Shown here one piece after another: positions 36,860-47,841 of a stretch of DNA of 47,841 bases (the first letter of the stretch is position 1; every line of letters starts with the position of its first letter). The notes below the pieces were generated by a model. That model searched no databases. It was given only the letters and a program-made list of their open reading frames with translations, and was not told the origin of the DNA. Source of the DNA: Octopus sinensis (Eukaryota); NCBI RefSeq assembly GCF_006345805.1, contig NW_021834526.1:1-47841 (forward strand), in the 5' to 3' direction. Made by a program: the position numbers and the translations under genes.

Positions 36860-37720
36860 CTCATATATTCTGCACCACATAAACTGGTTGAGATGTGAAT
36901 CAACCATTAGAACGGCGAGTCCCACAGTGTCGTTTATTCTCTCGTTTTACACAAACCCATGCGCTTTGCCCTTGCTGCGACAGGTTACTAATAAACTCAA
37001 AGCTCTGATTCACTGTTCTATGTTGAAAAGTATAATCATTAAGTTCAGGAATGTCAGAGTAGGCTCTCCACAAGTAACTGAAAATAGTGGTTCCTGGAAG
37101 AACCGATTGACGTATGCATTTATCTAATGTGTCGCAATTCTAACATCGAATCGCGCAAGGAGAAACATGTGCGGTTTCACAACACATTCCTCCGGAAACC
37201 TGCTGCTCAGGTAGTATCTTGCTGCTATTGTATTCATGTCTTCAGAAGTAACTTTCTTCTATCTCAACAATCTTCTCAGGACCGCCTATCTGAAATAAGT
37301 TGCGGAGCAAGACCTCCTCAAATACTTCAGTAACATAGTTGGTATAATCATACCCAGTTATTCAATACAAACGAGAATGTCCATTTCTTAAAGCAAAAAA
37401 AAAAAACACAGGTGAAATGACAGAAATGAGGTACAAACGTTCAGAAAATGTGCACTAGTCAAATAAGAGAGACAGGTGGAGGTCATACATGAGGTTGTAG
37501 TTTTAAGCTTACTGCAGCATGCCATGTTACTATAGAACAGGTGCCAATGTGTCTGTAGCCTTCAATTTATGACAAAAATAAATTTCTTTTCAATATTTAG
37601 CATAGAAAAATATATTGGAACAAGATTTTTAAAAATAGAAAACTGTGACATCAACAGAAAACATACATATTTTGTTTTATCATTTGGTTATCTTAGACAG
37701 GGGACTGCTGCAAGCCTGAG
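36860..37720 (-). mobile_element. Decayed Merlin (IS1016/ISXO2-like) DNA transposon
   Basis: Minus-strand 37345-36870 reads QIGGPEKIVEIEESYF*RHEYNSSKILPEQQVSGG..VLPGTTIFSYLWRAYSDIP..HRTVNQSFEF..KRENKRHCGTRRS, matching Merlin motifs GGPGKIVEIDES..KYNRG..PGTTIxSDxWxAY..HxTVNHS. Upstream boundary approximate. Confidence 0.85.
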
Positions 37721-37931
37721 GTACTCTCTTGGCAAATTTAATCTAACAAGTTGCCCCGGTATTTAGTGTTTTTTTTTTTCTTTTGAAGTCTGGTACTTAT
37801 TCCAGAGGTCACTTTCCGCAAACCACACAGAGCGGCTTAAACAAAAGAATACATTTCACCACTCGCTGGCGGTGGATAAATACAAACATGAAGACATGTA
37901 TATATATATATGTTTATACATATATATATAC

Positions 37932-38017
<86 letters not shown>

Positions 38018-38282
38018 CTGCATGTATGTGCGTGTGTGAGTGTATATATATATGTGTATATACCAACACACATAGAAGCCATTATCCGGCCCAAGGCTAT
38101 AACAAAAATTATTTGCCCAAGATGCTGGTCAGTAAGATTGAGTCCGTAACACCATTTTTCCAATTCCAATTCAAGCTTCTTAACCACGCAGCCATATTTG
38201 CACCTATTTGAAATTTTATACCGATATATATGTATATATACATATATGCGTATATATATATATATTATATATATATATATTG

Positions 38283-38315
<33 letters not shown>

Positions 38316-38349
38316 TATATTATATATAATATATATATATATAATATGT

Positions 38350-39400
38350 TATATATAAAGTGGAAAAGCGCGGAAGAATAAACTTCCAGACAGAGGAAAT
38401 AGGACGTAAGACCAGGCCTTCATAAACAGTATACGAGACAGACGAAAGATAAAAGGGATACTGGGAGCTGGTCGCGGATTTTGAAAGATTAATAATATTT
38501 CCACTCACAAAAACAACAAAAAAAACGGACTTAATCCTATGGAACACGGAACGAAAAACGGGAATTTTGCTTGAGCTGACAGTGCTATGGGAAAACAACA
38601 TGGCTAATGCAGAACAATGGAGGGAGAGGAAGTACGAGAAATTAATTGAAGAATGCGGGAACACGGGTGTATTGACCACCGGGCAACGAGAGCTAGAGGC
38701 TTCATTGAAAGGAAAATGGTGACGTTATATAAAAGGTTTGCATTTTCTAGCTTAGAGCTGAGTAAACTAATAAGGGGGATACAGGTGGCAGTCGGCAAAG
38801 CCAGATTCTATATATGACTGAAACGAGAAGACCCGAAATGGCTCGAAAGCCATAATATGCTGAGTGGAAAATAGTATCGTTAGGTGAGGCTGGCTGACAC
38901 TTAAACAGCGTTGCTGCTTGAGAGGTGGGCCGAGGGAACAATCTCATTCATTGTGTACCTATCTCCACGATAGTTCAAAGGCTTGAGCCACAATACAGCT
39001 AATCGACTTTGGCTGCTGGAGATGAAACTAGCACGACTCCGTTGGAAGGTCGGTCAAGAGGCCAAATCTACGCGCCCTTCTCCTACATTGGTCAGTTGAA
39101 ACCTAGATTGTATCACGTGAGAGTTTGCTGGCGCTGGTCGCTGTGTCCAACCGGCTAGTATCTAAGGGGTAATTTGTCAGGGTGGGTTGGCCATTCGTCC
39201 GCTGACATTCGTTGACGCTGCATCGAAAAAACCAAAGAACGAAAATCCAAAGAAAAAAGAAAAGCTCTCACTCAACTCCATAGTTGAAGACAGATCTGAA
39301 AGAGGGAGGGGTCACGTCGAAAACATTAGGGTAGTAGGGCCCATACCGGACGTGGTTCCTCTGATGATGTCCTTAGCCACTGGATCCTATAAAGGAGCTG
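38350..39400 (+). mobile_element. HERO-clade RLE-LINE 3' fragment (coding to about 38850, then putative 3' UTR)
   Basis: WELVADFERLIIFPLTKTT..DLILWNTERKTGILLELTVLWENNMANAEQWRERKYEKLIEEC..RGFIERK..IRGIQVAVGKARFYIxLKREDPKW matches the HERO endonuclease (RPDIVLxS..LxELTVPWE..A.ERK..KY..L..EC..RGF..WLWLKR). 3' boundary approximate. Confidence 0.85.
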
Positions 39401-39442
39401 CTGAGGTAGCGAACCACGAACGTGGTTGGAATTTCTCTCTCC

Positions 39443-39475
<33 letters not shown>

Positions 39476-39599
39476 TATATATATATCTATATATATATAT
39501 ATGCGTGTGTGTTATGTTTTAAGTATATATAAATAGATCACATACATACATACATGTATACATACATACCTATATATAAATATATATATATATATATAT

Positions 39600-40134
39600 A
39601 CTATATATATATAATATCTTCCTTTGCTTCTCTTTCTTTTCTTTTCCCTCTTCTCTGTCCGTGACTGTTGGCCGAAATCTGCCTTCAGCTCCTGACCCTC
39701 GTCGTGTGTAACATCGTTGTTTTTCGTCCGCCGCTATAAAGGCTTCTTCCAATGCGCCAGATAAAAAATTTGTTGGCTTGTTATCAGTCGTAAGACACTG
39801 TTGTTTCACCGTTAATGCTTCTGTATTTCATGTTTCTGTATTCCATTATGTTTTTTGTTTTTTTATATCTGTCCCTTTTGCTGTCCTGGTGTTCGTATGC
39901 ATCGATCCGATCCTTCTTCCAGGAAATCTACGCTTCCAGCTTAGTTTTTCTAATGCTCGTTGCTTAGTTTTTTCTGGAGGGCTGGCCGTGATCTAGTAAT
40001 CTCAAGATTAATCAGCCGAAATTACTACGATGATCCGTTCTTGACTGAAGACTGAGGGTTTCGAATGTCTTGTCCATGTTTATTGTACCGTCTTCTAAGA
40101 GTTATACGTTCTTGTCCATGTTGTATTTTTCTAC

Positions 40135-40135
<1 letters not shown>
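39600..40135. mobile_element. Diverged relative of the 15520-16170 element
   Basis: Collinear blocks CGTGAC..GGCC..; CTGGAG..GG..CC.GAAATT; GACTGAGG..CGAATG; TTGTAC/TTGTATC..GCGTTCTTGTCC. Confidence 0.55.
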
Positions 40136-40230
<95 letters not shown>

Positions 40231-40797
40231 AAGATATATATATAGAGAGGAAGCGATAGACAGACAGATAGATGTAGATGTATTTAGATACACACACAAA
40301 TTTTCTGCTGTTCCTTCCACATATAATGTTATCACTTAAAAAAATATTTTGTTTTGTATAAAAAAAAAGAAAAACTCGAAAAAAATCTCTAATATTAATG
40401 TTCTATAAATCATCTACTCCAGATTCTTTTTATTGATTGTTTGTTTGTTTGTGCTATAACCCATTATAAATGTATCCTTTTGTTTTTGTTTTCATCAAGG
40501 ACTTATTATGTAGAATATCAATTAACGTTATATAAACCAACATTACTTATTGATGTTTTACGATGTTAATAAACCAAACTAATAAATGGGGTAAAATCAT
40601 GACAAAATGGTTTCTTTCAGCTAGTATCATTGTTCGGTTACCAGTACAAGATTGCCATCAAAATGATACACTGTTCTTCTCGAACGAATCCTACGGTTAT
40701 CTTCTCCATGTTTAGCTAATACCCAATTAGGCTTTTACACACATACAAATAACCCATTCACACATATACACGTACGCAGACACACCTAATATATATG

Positions 40798-40888
<91 letters not shown>

Positions 40889-41019
40889 TTATGTACACAC
40901 ACGTACACACACACACATATATATATCACAGGCTTAAACACATACAGGAACACACGCACTGACTGACAATTGCTAACCAAAGAAAGAATTGCATGCAATC
41001 TGTTTCTTTCTCTTGCATC

Positions 41020-41028
41020 ATAACCATT

Positions 41029-41059
<31 letters not shown>

Positions 41060-41492
41060 CCATCAGCATCATCATCACTATCATCGACATCCTCATCATC
41101 TTCGTCATCATCGTCGTCGTCGTCGTCGCCGTCGTCATAAACATCGTTGTCATCGTCATCGCCCTCGTCATCATCTTCATTGTCATCGTCATCTTTATCA
41201 TAGGTGTAGTTTTCTACTTCTTCTTCTTCTTCTTCTTCGTCGTCGTCTTCTTCTTCTTCTTCTTCTTCTTTTTCTTCTTTTTCTTCTTCTTCTTCTTCTT
41301 CTTCTCCTCTGTCTTCTTCTTCTTCTTCTTCTTCTTCGTCGTCGTCTTCTCTTCTTCTCTTCTTCTTCTTTTTCTTTTCTTTCTTTTTTCTCTTCTTCTT
41401 TCTGTCTTCTTCTTCTTCTTTTCTTTCTTCTTCTTCTTCTCTTCTTCTTCTTCTTCTTCTCTTCTTCTTCTTCTTCTTCTTCTTCTTCTTCG
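41020..41492. repeat. Compound trinucleotide array (CAT)n-(CGT)n-(CTT)n
   Basis: Direct reading. Confidence 0.97.
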
Positions 41493-41603
41493 TTATCATA
41501 TTGAATTTCCATTTCTTATAAAAATCCAAACTCAATCACTAATATGCTGTTGGATTCTTCTACCTTCGAGGTATCGTTGATGTTTTCTTCTTTTTCATTT
41601 AAG

Positions 41604-41816
41604 AAGAGTAACGGGAAGCAGTACAGACAATACCGTTCTGAGATAATGCATTGGCTTTGTACGTGGAGAGAATCCCTCACCAAAGTAAGAGAAGTTTACT
41701 TACTATTCCGTGGCACGCTGGGCGCCAGGGGCGGAGACTTCATGTTAATGAAGGCCTTTGTTCTACGTGGTAATTCACTGTTTGTAGCGCACAATGGATG
41801 TGCTTGCCATATTGAG
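41604..41816 (+). CDS. Best candidate coding exon (213 nt, phase 0-0), unknown product
   Basis: Acceptor ttttcttctttttcatttaag|, donor GAG|gtatga, 71 open codons KSNGKQYRQYRSEIMHWLCTWRESLTKVREVYLLFRGTLGARGGDFMLMKAFVLRGNSLFVAHNGCACHIE, locally raised GC, no TE motif recognised. Confidence 0.4.
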
Positions 41817-41967
41817 GTATGAGCCCCCACCAACAATGGCGGCAAGGGAATCACACACACACACACAGAAAAAAGCAGCAAAAAGAATCGAAACAAAATC
41901 ACAATGAAACACATACCGACTAATACAAACAGTTATATATATATATATAATATATATATATTATATA

Positions 41968-41998
<31 letters not shown>

Positions 41999-42069
41999 TC
42001 AGATAAACACATTTACATATACATACATACAGATATATATATATATATACGTATAATTAATATATATGT

Positions 42070-42103
<34 letters not shown>

Positions 42104-42562
42104 ATATACAGAGAGATAGAGAGAGACAAAGCTGCGTCCAAATATAAACATAAATACAACGTGTACGCGTCAAACTAACTTCATCACAAAATAATACTAT
42201 ATACATAATATGTTATGATGTGGACCCAGCAGCTCCAAAGTATACACGTTAATAATAAGGAAATATTTAGGAATTGCCAGGGCAAAAACATAATGAGAAA
42301 TACAGAGGAAAATCAGTAAATTAACATTCAGCGAAAATATTCATGAAGTTTATTACAAATGTTGAATATGTTTAAGTTATAAGTTACTTCAATGGCATGT
42401 GTTCCATAGAGATAGACAAACGTGCGCACATATGCTTTCATTGGCATGACAAAAAAATACATAATGTATGTAACTGAAAAGCAATATGAATATTAATCTA
42501 TCTACCTATCTGTCCTTCTATATACATATATGCAAAATATAGAAACACCCTTACACACACAT

Positions 42563-42634
<72 letters not shown>

Positions 42635-42704
42635 ATTTATCTATTAACTCTCTATCAATCAATCAGTCTGGAAATCTCCTCTTTCTCTGTGTATGTAAAT
42701 GTAC

Positions 42705-42707
42705 CTA

Positions 42708-42772
<65 letters not shown>
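42705..42772. repeat. (TATC)n microsatellite
   Basis: Direct reading. Confidence 0.97.
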
Positions 42773-42774
<2 letters not shown>

Positions 42775-42834
42775 ATATATATATATATATATATATAGAT
42801 ATATATATATATATGATATATACACAATAGCATA

Positions 42835-43035
42835 TAACAAACAGAACAAAGAGAAAACACAACAACGCGAGGACGTGGAACAAGAATAGTGTTATTCGAC
42901 TCTCAGGAAAGGAAGGAAAGAAGAAGGATTTAACGTTTGGAGCGGAGATCTTCGTCAGAAACATAGAAAAAAGAAAAGGTCCAAGGAAGGGAAGACGAAT
43001 AAAGAAAATCGCCAACGATACACACGCGGTCACGT
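42835..43035 (-). mobile_element. Penelope-type terminal fragment carrying a hammerhead remnant
   Basis: Pyrimidine-rich minus-strand block surrounding the motif at 42926-42966; sibling at 34050-34215. Confidence 0.65.
42926..42966 (-). ncRNA. Decayed minimal type I hammerhead ribozyme motif
   Basis: Minus strand: UUU CUGACGA AGAUC UCC GCUC CAAA CGUU AAA. Two substitutions from CUGANGA-(A)GAGC/GCUC-GAAA-CGUH with a UUU/AAA stem I. Probably inactive as it stands. Confidence 0.55.
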
Positions 43036-43099
43036 GTGTGTGTGTGTGTGTATAAAAATGATAAATCTCCTTCTGGAGTATTTAAACTCATAGAACGGT

Positions 43100-43295
43100 T
43101 TCCAGTTTTTTTTGTGGCATATATATTCCGCTTGGACTGGATCCAGTCTGTTGCAGAAATGCTCGTTGTCGTCTGCTAAGTTGACTGGAGCCTTATGAAA
43201 TGAAATGAATTAATTATTAACATAAGGCTTTGCCTGGTCGAGGAATCGAAACCACAAACTTATGTTCATAAGTCCAATACCCTAATCACTAATCC
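43100..43295 (-). mobile_element. SINE family E, decayed
   Basis: tttgcctggtcgaggaatcgaaaccacaa..aataccctaatcactaatccac (reverse-complement B and A boxes). Confidence 0.65.
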
Positions 43296-44294
43296 ACAAA
43301 TAAAAAACAATAACTATAATAAGTAATACATATATTACTCATTATAACATACACAAGTTTTGTCTTGCAAGTTTTCGAATTAATAGTGTGAAAACTCATT
43401 ACATGAAATTTCATTAACCACTATAGACGTAATGAATTAACATTATCGTTATAAATAGAAAACAAACTAAATATATTCAAGTATGTACTATATTGGTATC
43501 AATTATTGTGTATTAGTTTGTTTTTTATATTTTTATTTTGTCCGGCTGCTACTTCTAATGATCACTCCTGCTTCCTCCAACACCCAGCAACAAACAACAG
43601 ATGTAAACGAAATTCCAGCGCTTTTGACCTTTCACATTAGATATGAAATACTGAATCGACTTTTGGTTATTTCAGTTTAGTTTCCAATTTTTATTTTGTT
43701 TTGAATGATGAATCTTTTTAAGAAATTGAAACCGGTAGCATAAATTCATTAAAATGTGTATACTTTCATTTTACATGCATGAAACCTCTTTATCTCTTCA
43801 ATATATTTATATATATATATATAAAATGTGGTGGTTTAGTTCACAGCTGATCTAAACGACTAGGTACGCTAGGTAAGGGTAAGTGCTGTAACGGATTACT
43901 AGGTCTCCAAGGTTATAGCCGAGACGGCAGTTATAGAGCCATTACAGATTTCCGATATCGCAGATATATAATTGTTAAAGAGGACATCAAATGTTAAGGC
44001 ATGGCAAATATCTCAAGTCGTATACGTTATTACTGGAAATATATATATATATACTGAAAAGCTCTGGTTACGCAAACGGAAAATACTCCTCAATTTCTAA
44101 CTAGTTTGATAACTGGTAACGTACGAAACTCTAGGCCATCGAGTCACTTTGTTGTTTTTGATAAATATTAGTAAATATACATACATGTGTGTGTGGTGTG
44201 TGAGTGTTAGAAACAGTCTCTTGTTCAAAATATAGCAAGCAGAATGATCGTAATGAATTAAGATTATCGTTGTAAGTAGAAGACAAATAATATC

Positions 44295-44513
44295 TATTTC
44301 TTTACTACCCACAGAGAGGACAAACAAGGACAGACAAACGGATTGAGTCGATTACATCGACCCCAGTGCGTAACTGGTACTTAATTTATTGACCCCGGAA
44401 GGATGAAAGGCAAAGTCGACCTCGGCGGAATTTGAACTCAGAACTTAACGGCAGACGAAATACCACAAAGCCTTTGGCCCGGCGTGCTAACGTTTCTGCC
44501 AGCTCGCCGCCTT
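44295..44513 (-). mobile_element. Full-length family B SINE
   Basis: Reverse complement aligns with 559-793. Confidence 0.9.
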
Positions 44514-44994
44514 CAGGTGTTATAATTCGTATATCAACACACAAAACATAAGACTGAAATATAGTGAGATAAAATGTATTTTAGAAACACAGGAATGGAT
44601 CTTAACTTCAGCTGTTCAATGCAGTCTTATCGGTCGCGGCAGATCATACTTGATTTAGTTACACTCTCTCTTTTGCTTGGTATTATACATATTTACACAC
44701 AAGCCCATATATAGATATAATGTTTTTATGTTCTTCGAGACAGTCTCTACTGGCTCCAAATCTTCTGTGAATTTACAGTGTCATCGAGCAAGTGTAACGT
44801 GACTGGTGACCCTGTGGATGGACAGGTGGAACTCCAGAGTAATAAGAGGTTCTAGACACAAATAATGTTATTAATCTCTTTTGACAGTCAGCACAATGCT
44901 TATATATATATATATATATAGATAAGAAAGTTGGTTTGTGAAGCACGTGGGTGAATATATAAAAAATAGTAAAGAGTGAAAAAACGATAGAAGG

Positions 44995-45037
<43 letters not shown>

Positions 45038-45442
45038 GCATATGTACATGAATACACACCACGTAGACATAGAAATCGCAGACACATAATATGCACATGC
45101 TTGCAAAAATTACGCACGTTTAATTTATAAATGCACACATACATATATATTTTTATAACTCAACAAAGTTAATGTTTACTTATATAACTCCTGTTGGTGC
45201 CAACAATATTTACAATAATGTTAAATGTGTATGCACATAAGAATAAAAATAAGTTCTACAGAAGAGAATTTCAACATCATCCTTGGAGGTATTTGAAATC
45301 ATGGCGCTAATTTTCATATGGAATCCACTCGAATCTTTTCTAATGGACTGGCTGTACCAATTAGCCTGCAATGTTTAAAGTGCATGTGACTGTTGTGGCT
45401 CTCACTTGTTCTTTTTTCTTTCATTATGTCTTCCTCTTCTCT

Positions 45443-45485
<43 letters not shown>

Positions 45486-47009
45486 CTCTCTCTGTATTTA
45501 TATATATCGAATAAAACATATATATATACATATATATACAAATATTGAGGATGTAATTTCCTCGTAAGGGATTTTAAATAAAAATCTGGATATTAATTGG
45601 TGTTATCAGATATATTGAAAGAAAGTTCCGCAATATATATGGATAAACTGTCCAATAATGTGTAAAGTTCCGAAAAGAAAATGAAGATATATAGTAGATG
45701 CTCACGCATCGTTTTACGACGAATCAACGAAAGAAATAAATATAAAAGAATCCTACATATGTTTCAATTGGGCCATTAGGTTTCGCCCATCAGCATTCAA
45801 GCGATATTAGTAATAAATTAACCCCACGTTATGTGCGGATCGCATCAGGGAGTGATGTTTACTTTCAGGTGGTGAATATCGAAATAACTAAGATGAGGTC
45901 TGCGTTTTCAAATATTCAAACGTAAACACACATACATGAATGTGTATGTATATATGTGATATATGTGTGTATAAGTATATGTATACTATACATGTACATC
46001 ACACATATATGCATAAACATATGTGTATTTATGTCTAACTACTATATATGTACATATCTGTATATGTATATTTGCAGTTATTTGTGTCTGCATGCATGTA
46101 TGTACATTTGTATTATGTTTGTTTAAGAATTTATCTAACAAAAAGTGTTTCTTCTTTTGGTTCTTCCCCTTTCCAGCTTGAGCAAATGGTCTCGTATACA
46201 ACCTCGGTTTGACCTACATACTGTCTATGAAGTAGAAAATATTTTATTGTAATTAAGATACTTCGACGTAGTTATCATCTTCAATATTTCATATTAAAAA
46301 TTTGTTTTAATATACCAAATCCAGTATCATTATTGCTCCAGCGATATAACCTCTGCTCTATCTAGTTGATCATGTTGATTTAAAAAGCTTCCTCATCTTC
46401 TTTAAATAATATTATTATGTTTTGAAAATTGTTATACATATTGTACAATATATAATAAACATAGAGTACCCTCAAGAAATGTCGCCATGTTCATAGCTAA
46501 AGACAATTTTACCACAGAGCTGATAGGTGATAAAACACGAACAAGTATTAGTATCATATCCTAAAACATTGTCTCATATGTTGTATTGTGATTTGAAATT
46601 GCCGGAAAACGTCATTTGTCTTAAAATGTTATCATTCAGAAGAGTTTTGCAAACATTTCACAAATCATTGTTTATTACGTGGAATACAAGCTAAAAAGCT
46701 TACAACTAGATATGTCTGTGTTGATGTATTTCCTATCCAATCAGAAAGACTTGACACAATCTATTTCCGTTTCTTGAAATGAAATAACAAGAGTGTCAGT
46801 TTGGTTCCTCTAGGTTGTTGTACTGGATAAAGACTCGTTACTTAACTTAACCTAAGAAAATAATGGTTGCTATATATCATCCTACATTTTTATTATTATA
46901 TTTTTATTATTATATTTTCTTATGAAATTTCCATAGTTACCCAGAAATAAAATAAATGGAAAGATGAAATTCACATTTAGAATGAAGGATTCCAGGCCCC
47001 TAACCGACA

Positions 47010-47073
47010 TTAGTCACGTGTTGCATCAGTTATGTCGAATCGTCTTGAAGACATAGACCAGAGCAAACGATAC

Positions 47074-47125
<52 letters not shown>

Positions 47126-47214
47126 ACAGACACACTCAAACACACACGCGCGCGCGCGCAGAGCCAAGCTGTAACCGAAACTGGTCTGAACGGGGGAAAA
47201 AGTTACTGCTTTTC
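47010..47214 (+). promoter_or_regulatory. Possible promoter/first exon with CpG-rich (CA)n(CG)n tracts, followed by a 70-nt intron
   Basis: CACGTG at about 47015; (CG)n runs at 47108-47122 and 47147-47160; donor TTC|gtaagt at 47215; branch ctaat and acceptor tatttctttttcag| at 47284. All spliced frames stop quickly, so UTR/non-coding. Confidence 0.35.
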
Positions 47215-47609
47215 GTAAGTATTTGAAACCTCAATAATCATTTTATAATCCTTTAAGCGTATATGCTAATTATTTCTTTTTCAGACGCTTCATGAGAAAT
47301 AAGAAAAAATGATAAATGGTGTATCCTTGAAATGACTCCGTAGTTCGAATATCTGCAACAGAATACATTCCACAAGAGGCATGCAACAAAGATGCTAGAG
47401 TTAAACTGAGTGATGTTTAAAGTCTGCCCTCAATTGAAAACTCCCTTAAGTGCCGTACATATGATATATGTGTGCAGCCGGCTGCATTTGATCGAGTCGA
47501 TAATTTTGAACAACCATCTAAATATATTCGAGTAAATAGCTCGTTCTGCAGTATTATGTTGTGTCTTCAAATTATTCAGTCCACTTACAAATATTTTTAA
47601 AATTTTATA

Positions 47610-47750
47610 ACGAAATTAGCGGTTCGGCAAAAGAGACCGATAGAATAAGTACTGGGCTTACAAAAGAATAAGTCCCGGGGTCGATTTACTCGACTAAAGG
47701 CGGTGCTCCAGCATGGCCGCAGTCAAATGACTGAAACAAGTACAAAAAAA
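47610..47750 (+). mobile_element. SINE family A 3' portion, well preserved
   Basis: TAGCGGTTCGGCAAAAGAGACCGATAGAATAAGTACTGGGCTTACAAAAGAATAAGTCCCGGGGTCGATTTACTCGACTAAAGGCGGTGCTCCAGCATGGCCGCAGTCAAATGACTGAAACAAGTA. Confidence 0.9.
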
Positions 47751-47841
47751 AAAAGAAAATGCTAGCTAATGTTTATTCCCACATGCAAAACATCCCACTG
47801 TTTCTCTGGGTGTACTAATGAAAAAACAGTCTACTATTTTT

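Noticed and set aside
40825-41580. 236-aa poly-K/R/E/D ORF and overlapping poly-H/L/F ORFs
   Set aside because: They are produced by the triplet array and (TA)n tract; there is no unique coding content, and several frames are open on both strands.
43850-43895. Three stacked plus-strand donor-like sites (gtacgc, gtaagg, gtaagt)
   Set aside because: The preceding candidate exon has stops in all frames and there is no independent support.
4600-46200. Dozens of ORFs rich in YI/IY, HT/TH, CV/VC or YLSI repeats
   Set aside because: They are stop-free translations of (TA)n, (CA)n, (CATA)n and (TATC)n microsatellites.

Overview
This is AT-rich eukaryotic genomic DNA packed with microsatellites and transposable-element relics. 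The tRNA-derived SINE families and LINE spectrum strongly suggest an octopus (coleoid cephalopod); this is recognition from memory, not a database result. Well-supported content: many tRNA-derived SINEs (one head-to-tail tetramer, one nested pair), a decayed maT/DD37D Tc1-mariner transposase, a decayed Merlin transposase, a 5'-truncated Penelope-like element (RT thumb plus GIY-YIG) and Penelope-type termini (one with a decayed minimal hammerhead ribozyme), two R4/Dong-type and two HERO-type RLE-LINE fragments, RTE and CR1-group LINE 3' ends, and a non-autonomous Helitron. The Helitron sits inside a fold-back structure built from a ~290-bp unit. Almost all long ORFs in the supplied track are microsatellite artefacts. 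No host gene could be named. Several short, splice-bounded candidate exons exist (best: 41604-41816 on +, and a phase-compatible chain at 18744-19518 on +), but their strand and identity are unresolved. No CRISPR array, rRNA or true tRNA gene was seen. I found no clear novel multi-gene system; the most interesting signals are TE architectures and ribozyme-like motifs.
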